Positions 53,859 through 64,000 of a stretch of DNA of 64,000 nucleotides are shown here, in pieces. The stretch spans positions 155,868,001-155,932,000 of the forward strand of contig OZ024743.1 of assembly GCA_964016885.1 (NCBI GenBank). Direction: 5' to 3'. The notes under the pieces were generated by a model that saw only the letters and a program-made list of their open reading frames with translations, had not been told where the DNA came from and made no database searches. Every line of letters starts with the position of its first letter. The stretch's first letter is position 1. Source of the DNA: Eledone cirrhosa. Lineage: Eukaryota. Both the position numbers and the translations under genes were made by a program.

Positions 53859-56370
53859 GGTCTGAACATAATGGAAACAAATTCCCATTGTACAGCACCA
53901 GATTTGCTAGTCGAAGACGCACTGGCAATATATTGTTTGGCTTTGGTAACGATTGATCTTACCAGTCAACACTTTTCTACCATATTGAGCCAGTATAAAT
54001 TAGTCTGGATTTATACACAATCTAATTTTAAAAACGTTGAGCGATAGCAATTTTGAACTTGTAACTTAGAAGCTTCAAATTTTTAAAACAATGAGAAATA
54101 GTCAAAGTTGAAGAGATAAGTCGGAAACATTTAAATGGACTCGTGGTGCTATGCCAGATATCGTTAACATGAAATAACTTTGGAAATCGATCTATTGCCC
54201 GACTGTGAAGGATCAAATTATATTAAAGAAGATGTGGGGCGTGCATCGGATGTCTATTAAAATGTAGTGTTCAATAAATGATGTACACAATATTAATTTC
54301 TTAATAGTACCGAATTTAAAGTATGTACCGAATTCATCCACATGCATTACCATGACAAAATAAAATTGCATTGATGTACCATTGATCAGCACCTGAGTTT
54401 TTACTGGAATCACAAAGAAAGTATTTGTAGAATCATCCTAAATAAGAAGCATCGATGTAAAATCCTTTCATAAATGTATTATTCGTCTTATATTCAAAAT
54501 AAAGCTGATACGTGAAACGATACGTCTTGATTATTAATGTTTTTTAACTAAAAGTTTTTGTCGCTTTCTTAATCATGTACTTCCAAATAACATCCTAAAA
54601 TTGAATTTTGCTGCATTACTTGACTGTGTTATAGTTGTAGTAAAAAAGCTAAGTTATAGGATTTATTTTATGTTCTCATAAGTAACAGGGTGAGTGTAAA
54701 GAAAGTGTTACTATGTCATAAGATAAAGGAATTAATAAATCTAAACCATCAGAAATATTTTAATGTTTCGTTTTCCTCATATGGAGAATAAATGGAATGC
54801 GTGGTGTTGAGAAATATAACATTTTAGTCTGTTTCGATATAATTGCATGACATACATTTCAGTGTTTATTTAAGATATTCTTAGGAGAAATGAATCTTAT
54901 CTATTTGAATATTTTCGCTTTTACGACATATAACTCAAGAAAAAATTGTTGCAACATTGACACCATGTACAGAAATAAGAATCTATGAGATATTAACAGC
55001 AGCCCCATTGAAGCATATAAGCGTATATAAACAGTATTTCATGAAATATTACAATATAAAGAAATTTGTGTGAAGAATTATTTATTATACTTTGGGTCGG
55101 TCATGTGGCCATTTTTTTTCATTTATATCAATCCACAATGTAGAACTCACTACTCGTGTTTCTGCTTATAATGAATAGAATCGTCGGAACTAGACATATA
55201 TACATACATTTTCGAAATTAATTGGAACATATCTAAAGAGAATTCCAATGATGATTAGTTTTGCGTCATGCTTAGCTTTACCAAAATCAAAAGTTAATAG
55301 ACAATAATCAATTGCTTAGATCAAATTTTGCTTCCGTTTACGAACTATAAAATGGTGATCGTAAGGAAAATAACATTTTCACCTTAAACTATATAGATTT
55401 TATCTAAATATTATATGCTTTATAAATATGTACGAAATATATTGTGTTCTCTAACGATATATATATATATAAAATGGAAAACGAAGAGTCAGTGATTCAT
55501 CGGAACTCAATTTATTTCGCATGCCAATCCTGTGTTTGGCAACGTCCCCATACATCAACACGCACATATGCTCACACCTATATAGAGGCATTCCGAGCCA
55601 TTAATCGTATACATTTCTGCGAACACACACACATAGAGATTGCATGCTTGCGTTCACACATGTACATACATAAATATAGAGATGTCAACATGAATGGAAC
55701 TCTTATTTTTATCTAAAGACATTTCTTCCAATTCCATCCCGCCTGACCCCTCAATCAATTTTATTTCCTATTCTTTCTTCTGATTAGCGGCCGAAACGTT
55801 TAGACCCTCTTCCTGCTATATCAAGCGTTAACGTAATATATACCTTCCATATACTGTACTGATTGTGTTGTTATTTCTGTTTACCTTTTACATATATATA
55901 TAACACATTCGCCTCATTCTGACGTCACTAGCCCTGTTTTCCTCATGTGCGTTTTTCATAATCACGCATGATGGTGAACTAGCCAGTTTTCAAATTCCCT
56001 TTTTGGCATATAAATCTGTGAGAGTCCTGGTTATCGAGTTGAGCTCTGCTGACGATTGAAGTCGAACCGTGACAATCTCCACTGAAAGTTTTCATGAAAT
56101 AGACTTTAAGACTATACAGAGCATTTGAAGTTTTTCCAAATTGAAGGATGAGTATTTTAGACTTTATTTTATCATGAGTTAAGGCTCTATTGATTTTTCC
56201 CTGGATTTCAGTAAATTCTGTGGATGAATTTATATCCTGATTCTATTTGAGATGAGTTTGAATTATTTTTCCCACATCTTACGTTAACTATTTTTCCTAT
56301 TTTGACGCTATAGTCGCATATATATTATGGAATACTGTTAGCTTCTCGCTACAACACTTTCTATACCTTT

Positions 56371-56436
<66 letters not shown>

Positions 56437-56440
<4 letters not shown>

Positions 56441-57660
56441 AATGAATAATAACAGGTAGACATCATAAAAAGGTAATTTATTCCGTGTGCTTACAAGTGT
56501 TTCCACGGTGGTACTGCAGCCTAGTTCCGCTACGTGCAAATTCACAAGTACTTGCAGAACTCGAATATCCAATGCTCTGACCATCTACCTGAAAGATGTC
56601 CATTGCAGAATGAATGCCTAAAGTCCAACATTGTTTACCAATGCACGGTTAAATCGAACGACCAGAAATGGTATTATATCGGATCTACCACCACATCGTT
56701 TAAATCTCGCTGGTACCGTCATCGATTCTCAATCAAACATCCGAATCACCGTTTTGTGACCACGCTCGCCAACAAGACCTGGCAACTCCGTGAACACAAC
56801 CAACAGTTCACCTTAAAATGGGATATACTTTCCAGCGCAAGTGCATATCGGAGTGGATTGAAGTACTGCAGGTTATGTAACCTTCAGCTATTTTACATAT
56901 TAAAATCCAAAAACAAACTACTTAACGATAGAATTGAACGATCATTATACTGCAACCACAAACTAAAAGCTAAATTATCTCACTATAAAATAACTTAACA
57001 TTCGAACCCGTAACTATAACACCACTTTCTAGCTAACAACCTTCTCTTCCCCCCACACTACAAGACAATACACTGCTTATCACTATACATGGTAACACAG
57101 TGCAATTCCTAGATTACTACTACAAAACCAAAAGTTCACTCACCACAAATACTTTATCTGTACCCTCTCTACATATATCTCTCTCTACATCCATTACACT
57201 TTCTCTCTCTCACCTTTGACCTACCTCCCTCTCAACATCTATGAACCTGCCCTCTGGGCAATAAATAATTCCGACCTTAACTATCAACGCATCTCTCCAA
57301 AAGTAACCAGTATAATAAAACCCCTACCATAACATTTTGATTAAGATATCTACAAGCCGTTCTCTCCTACTTCTCCAACCCCTGCATATCTTTCTTTCTC
57401 TCTCCCTTTTCCCTACTTTTCTCTCTTCCTATTCTACTCTATCTTCCTCAACAACCCCACTTAAGGGTATTTACGTTGTACATTTACCATTCTGCTCTGA
57501 GGAAACAGTGGTCACAGCATTGGATATTCGAGTTCTGCAAGTACTTGTGAATTTGCACGTAGCGGAACTAGGCTGCAGTACCACCGTGGAAACACTTGTA
57601 AGCACACCGAATAAATTACCTTTTTATGATGTCTACCTGTTATTATTCATTATTTATATA
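56437..57660 (+). mobile_element. 5'-truncated Naiad-like PLE with open GIY-YIG frame (56585-56998) and inverted pLTR tail
   Basis: CPLQNECLKSNIVYQC..YIGSTTTSFKSRWYRH..CRLC..CNH. 56437-56583 is the reverse complement of 57509-57655. HHR remnant ctgagg-aaac-agtg-gtc at ~57497. Confidence 0.9.
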
Positions 57661-58847
57661 CACTCCGGAATACTGAAGGATCAGGAACTAAGTTTCTTGA
57701 ACAATTCTTCCATAACTCGTAGAGTAACCTCTTACCGTACGTCAACCATATCCAGTGTAGTAATTAACCATTACTACATCTTGGATAATCCTATACCTAA
57801 TATATATATATATATATATATTAAGAAACACACAGATACATGCGGACACACACATATATACATGAATGCATCCGCACCCAACTGTGAGTTAAGGGTGCCA
57901 ACTTCACCGATGTTGCTCAATGAATGACTGGGACAGACCAATTCAGTTTGAACCAGACTGAACCAGTATCAGAGTTAAAAATACATTATGAAGAGAGAAG
58001 AAACATTTAGATATAATTAGTAATAAAATGTATCATACCTAAGCTGTTCCTAAATTCCTCGACTACGTAGTTTCGTGGCATAAACAAAAACAATATATCA
58101 AAGATATAGAGTCCTTGCGAGGTCTGCCGACTTATCAAGAGGATACCTCATTTTACTAGTCTCAAGAACGCGTCTACACGACGTGAGAAAGAATCCCAAC
58201 ACATATATATATATACATATATGTATTCACCTCTCATATATAAGTATTTTCATACGCATACACATGCCCCCACACACACCCACGTTTATACACAGTCACA
58301 CATATATTCATACATAGTCACACATAGGTACATACACACACACACACACACACATACGCGCCCCATATATCTTTGTATATATACATATATTTATATATAA
58401 ATATGTGTGTGTGTGTGTGTGTGCGTGCATGCACACACACAGACACACATACATACGTGCGCGTACATTTACATGCACATACACACATATACATACATTT
58501 ATACATATACAGCCAGCACACACGTATTTATGTACTCACACCCACACATACGTGCACACACACACGCACGCACATATATGAAAATAAACTATGTAAAAAA
58601 TATTTGGAAGGTGCATGCACATGCTGCTGTACATCGAAATATTACGTTTGCTAATACGTGCAAGGTACGAACAAAGAAGATATGGAGGTACGACAGTGAA
58701 TGCATGCAGCATCTCATATGACGGTATATAGGTACATGCAGACACAATTTGATGCACATGTTTGCACTTTGATACAGAGTGCTTAACCGGCATTACGCCT
58801 ATGGACGCATCCTACAAACCATACGACATATATATATATATATATAT

Positions 58848-59049
58848 AACGAAGGAAATGTGGTAAGGAACCAGGTGGACCATAACGCACCAACGTACTC
58901 AATACTTAGGATAGTAGAGTGGGTAATAGGAACTAGTAAGACTCCGACGGCTGAGCTCACGCCGTTTCGACGGCTAATTCTGGACTCAGAGTTCAGAATT
59001 AGCCGTCGAAACGGCTTGAGCTCAGCCGTCGGGGTCTTACTGGTTCCTA
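58848..59049 (-). mobile_element. Short fold-back element with a hammerhead 3' half
   Basis: gacggctaattctggact-cag-agttcagaattagccgtc-GAAAC-GGCT-tgagctc-AGCC-GTC-gggg. Sits in a TA tract. Confidence 0.85.
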
Positions 59050-59072
59050 TATATATATATATATATATATAC

Positions 59073-61395
59073 AATTGGACGTTTGGGAAGCCACAACAAT
59101 GCAGCTGGGCAAATCTCCGGGCAACAGAATCAGGTGGTTGTGAGAGAGATGTAAGAGGAAAAGTAGAATGAGACGCATAGGGTGTAGAGGAACGTAGGAT
59201 AGTGTGTAACAATAATAACACGAGATAGAGTTGCATTTGAGGTGATTTAATTGTCACTATATTTAGGATTTCGTATCTATCAAATGGGGGTTTTCGGAGG
59301 TGAACATTTTGAGTCTGAGAGGAACAACACGTGGCCTATGTTGTCTGCCGTTTGTGTACAACTGAAATATTCTGTATCTGTGACCGGCGGAAGCTCTCGA
59401 ATAAGCTTAGATACAACAACCTCACGAGGAACAGCAGACTACCCGCCTTCTATCACCTCGTGAAAACACACAAACAGGGACCCGACCTGAAGATCAGAAC
59501 TGTTATATCGAGCCTGAAATGACCGCTCTACAAAATTCCATGGCTCCAACTCAGAATACTAAAGCCCCTACTTGACACCTTGACGGGACACTTAATCTGC
59601 TCCGGGGAAGTGTTGGAGCGCCTACATCAAATGGATCCCGACACCCGAAAGGCTAACAGGTATGCCTTCAGCCTATATGGGGACGCTCTTTACACCTCGG
59701 TCCCGGCCCTAGCGGCCGTCGATATACTGATATAGCGTGTTCAATCTACCAACCTACACTGCTTCGGCCTCACCCCCACTGACACCCACAAGCGCCTATC
59801 CGTCGTCGTTAGCAACACATATTTCAATGTTCTCGACCAAACATACCGGCAGACCTCAGAGCTACCCATGGGATCAAGTCTGTCGGTTGTGCTAGCGATC
59901 TCGTACAAGGACAGCCTCGAACGCCAGGCACTCAATACCTGCCATACCAATGCCGTCACCTTCTTCTCAAGATACCTGGACAACATCCTCATCCTCACAC
60001 CTTTCCAGGGGATGGGGAGCGGGATTTACGAGACGTTCAGCAACACGGACGAGAATATTGACTTCAGTGTTGAACATGCCAACGACGACGGGTCCAATGC
60101 GCTCCTCGACTTCCGAATCAACATCACGTAGCAAGGATGGAACCACACCAGCTTCTACCCCAAGGCAGCCTGCAGGGGCTTGTTCGGCCACTACAAATCT
60201 TCCCTCCCCAACAGTGCTAAAAGATGGTACATCACGAACGAAATCACGCGGATTAAAAACAGATGCAGTGATCCCATGAGTGGTGTCACCCATACAAAGC
60301 TGATCCTCAGAGTACTGGGGAGAAACGGATAGCAACCCTCACTTACAAGCATATTAAGAGACACCAGGCGCAATAGGCAGAAAAACACCCAAGGCAAGTG
60401 CTTCATTAACATCCCGCACCTGGGCGAGAAAACTACAAACGCTATCCGCAGGACCATAAGGAGGGAGGACCTCGACATCCACTTGGCCCAATCGGGCCCC
60501 TCTCGACGGAGTTGCCTCTCTAGGAAATCCGGGTAATCGTTTGACGCGTGTTCCATCAGCAACTGTCCGATGCGTGAAACGAACTGTTGCTTACGCCCGT
60601 ACGTTGTATACAAGGTAGAATGTGACAATTGCAATGACTACTACATTGGTAGCACAATCCGGCCTCTACATGTCCGGATCAAGGAGCACATCAACACCAG
60701 GTCCTCGTCTTTCCGGAGACACAAAACCAAATCCAGAAACAAAGCCGGTAGGCCCATTGTCACAGTGTTAGCGACAGAACGCAACATCGGCAATTTAAGA
60801 ATCAAGGAAGCACTTTGGATCAAACGCCTAGGACCACAAATAAATAACCAATCCGAGAGAAACGGGACGAGATGGCTGGTTTAAACAAACGAAAAACAAC
60901 ACACACACACACAGTGGCAATAACATGATAGTTATTGTGTATATAGCGTGTCCACCAACCACCAACCAGCAAACAAGTATCAAAGACTGAATATAAGTAG
61001 TATAATAGATTTACAGCGAAGCAGCATCCTACTACACTAGTAAAGAAGACCTGCCTCGACCTTTGCCTCAACATAGCTATTACGCGCGCACGCGAGCTCT
61101 ACGGAATATTTCAGTTGTACACAAACTGCAGACAACAGAGCACACTCGTTGTCCCTCTCCGACTAAAAACTTTCCCCCTCGGAAACCCCCAATTGATGGA
61201 TGCGAAATCCGAAATATAGGGACCATTAAATCACTTCCAATGTAACTCTATCTCGTGTTATTTTTACACTCTTTCCTATGTTCCACTACAGCCTATGTCT
61301 CATTTTCCTTTTTTCTTACATCTCTCTCATCGCCACCTGATTCTGTTGCTCGGAGATTTACCCATCTGAATTGTTGAGACTTCCAAAACGACCAA
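59073..61395 (+). mobile_element. Poseidon/Neptune-like PLE (RT plus GIY-YIG) with inverted pLTR at the 5' end
   Basis: FYHLVKTHK, ALYTSVP, PMGSSLSVVLAI, SRYLDNIL and VVYKVECDNCNDYYIGSTIRPLHVRIKEH. 59073-59385 is the reverse complement of ~61085-61395. Confidence 0.92.
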
Positions 61396-61438
61396 TTTTT
61401 TTATTCCACAATGATTCAAGCAAACTTCAACACACTCT

Positions 61439-61471
<33 letters not shown>

Positions 61472-61527
61472 TTCGTTTCTGAATGCGTTTAGCAAGATTC
61501 TTTATCTGAAAACGTGTGTTGAAACCG

Positions 61528-62720
61528 ATATTGTTATACTTTGGAAGGGTCATGTTGCAAATAAGAAACACACGCACCAGTAGCTTTCGCTTCAATTTAT
61601 TATAATAAATTTATAAATTTCCGGTTGGTTGGTTGGTTCCACAACCAGGTAGTTGTTTATATATTGTCAAAGTTCTTTCGTCACACATTCTGTGACCTCT
61701 TTGTTTTCTGTGCCTCTCACTTGTTCTGTCCTACGCCATCTTGTGTTTGTGTGTGTGTTGTGTGCTTGGTTTGCGCATGTGTTACATCCGGGTGTCTGTG
61801 TGTGTTTATATTCGTTATTTATTTGTTTATTAACATGTTACTGGTTGGTTGTTTGTTCTATGTTCGTGTGTGTTTTCATTTTGTCCTTAATTGTAAGTTC
61901 TGATGTTGCAGTTTCACTCATTTTTTACTATTTAATTTTGGTTGTAATTCATTTATGATTTGTCTAAACATTGCGTCTTTTCTGTGTGTAGATTCTATTT
62001 TCATTTCTATGTTCTCTAATTTACCCTTATGTTCTATTTTAGCATGTTGGTAGAGTACAGATGATTCTTTACTATCTTCAAGGTCTCGCCAGTGTTCATT
62101 TGTGCGTTCCCCTATACTACGAGCTGTCTCACCTATGTACACTATATTTTTATCTCTACAGGGATTTCTTTGAAAAGGGTATGTCTTGCTAATAATTGTT
62201 TTTATGGAGGTAACTGGTCTTTCTACTATCTTAATATTGAGTTTATGTTTATCAAGGGGCCTTCTAAATTTGTAATCTAATTCACCTTTAGGTGTTTTAT
62301 CGATGAACATTACACTCTGGTATTTATTGCTATCATACCATGAGTTCATTCTATTAGCCTTATTCCTAGTTCTTTCTATTCTATTGCAAAATGTGCTCCT
62401 ATACAAGGGGCAGGGCCCATTTGTGTCATTATTTACCATTTTTTCACATTAGGTTCTGGCTCCTCTATACACTCTGCTTTTATCTCTCTGATTTTAACCA
62501 GAGAACTGCATACGGTTGATGAAGTGTTGTATGTGTCTCTCTAGTTCTTCCTGCGGGACACGTTTCTCATCACCCGTACCAAATCCGCAATCAGTATGTT
62601 GATTTTGGTATGGTTCGAAATAGCTGAGTTTCGGTGGATCAGATATTAGAGAGACACATACAACACTTCAAACTACTGGTGTGTGTGTTTCTTATTGGCA
62701 ACATGACCCTCACAAAGTAT

Positions 62721-62730
<10 letters not shown>
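61528..62730 (-). mobile_element. 5'-truncated copy of the 14895 PLE family with a short inverted terminal piece (62665-62730)
   Basis: GPCPLYRSTF...VMFIDKTP...YIGETARSIGERTNEH. pLTR matches 14895-15350. Confidence 0.9.
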
Positions 62731-62787
<57 letters not shown>

Positions 62788-62799
62788 TACAGATTATAG

Positions 62800-62860
<61 letters not shown>

Positions 62861-62902
62861 GAAAATAAAACAAAGAAGCCTTCAATACATCAAAAGTCTT
62901 TA

Positions 62903-62945
62903 TTAGCCAACAATGTTTCGTCCTATTAAGGACTCATCAGGGCAA
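62903..62945 (-). ncRNA. Canonical minimal type I hammerhead, probably in a PLE pLTR extending toward the window end
   Basis: GCC-CTGATGA-GTCC-TTAATA-GGAC-GAAAC-ATT-GTT-GGC then TAATAAA. Confidence 0.85.
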
Positions 62946-64000
62946 TCAAATCCACAAGAAGCAGAAGAAGCACTATCGGCCAATACAAGCCGAAAACTCC
63001 GAAGAATATGGAGTGTACACACACTAAAGTATTGGAAGATTATGGGTAAAAATATATAATAAAAATCACTAAGGAGGTGGATAACATTTTGAACCATATT
63101 ACTAATATAGTCCAAAGCAAAAAACTAGAGCTAAACAAAGGTGGTTATATAGAGCGGGAATTATAGTACTATATGTAATACAATATAATATAATATAATA
63201 TTCTTGTAACAATATTAAAATTAAAATTAAAATTAAAAGGCACAATATACATATGTATATATATACGCACACGTACGCACATATACATATACATCAATAC
63301 ACATTTCATCATTAACAGCACAAATTAAACCTTATTAAGAGTTTAAATATAAATAAGCATAATAGGAATAACAATAAAAATAATACGTATATCTAATATA
63401 CAGTATAACATGAAGTAATGAAATGATTAAAAGTAACACATATAATATATGATAAACTATATAATTATATAATATATAATATAATATAATATATAATCTC
63501 CGGTTAATTTCCACAATCAATATAGATGTCACAATAACACTATAATAATAATATAATAATATATAATATATAATGGCATTTAAGTTAACAAATCAATTCA
63601 TATAGAGTTAGAGAGCAGGTGAGAAAAAAAATATAAATTGTACAATACCCAAAATTATGATGGTACAAAAGTATATAAACATCTTACATGATATATAAAA
63701 TGTTACATGTCATAATGGTACATAAAATCATCGGTAAGTAACAAAGATCAATATTACATTTACAAAGAGTTGAGTAACAACTTCAATATAAAATAATGAA
63801 CATAATATAATATATAATTACTTATAATTACAAGGTTGGTAAACAGACACATATGTGAATGAGTGAATAAGGGCCAGACAGAAAATACTATGCACAGTAG
63901 TATTAATAAATAAATAAATAAAATCGACCGGAAATCAAAAAACAAAAACAAAAGTATTTATTTAGGTCTCACATGCAGTTAAGTAAAAACTTAGGAAACA

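Noticed and set aside
56534-56998. Selenocysteine (UGA) recoding reported for some Naiad PLEs
   Set aside because: The conserved Cys positions in this open frame are ordinary Cys codons, and stops in other copies look like decay.

Overview
This is AT-rich eukaryotic DNA packed with (TA)n, (GT)n and (GA)n microsatellites. The tRNA-derived SINE family and overall repeat spectrum suggest a cephalopod, probably Octopus (inference). I could not support any host protein-coding gene; the window is mostly decayed transposable elements. It holds about 12 Penelope-like retroelement (PLE) pieces (Naiad-like and Poseidon/Neptune-like), an internally deleted mariner, a Chapaev3-like DNA transposon, RTE, L1/Tx1 and CRE LINE remnants, five SINEs, and one Helitron split into oppositely oriented halves by an apparent ~13.4 kb inversion. 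The most notable signal is at RNA level: more than 15 type I hammerhead ribozyme (HHR)-like motifs. These include intact motifs in ORF-less retrozyme-like units and a non-canonical CAGAAGA-core variant repeated in one PLE family. Several fold-back or inversion junctions fall at or within a few nucleotides of these motifs. All structures were read by eye and element boundaries are approximate.
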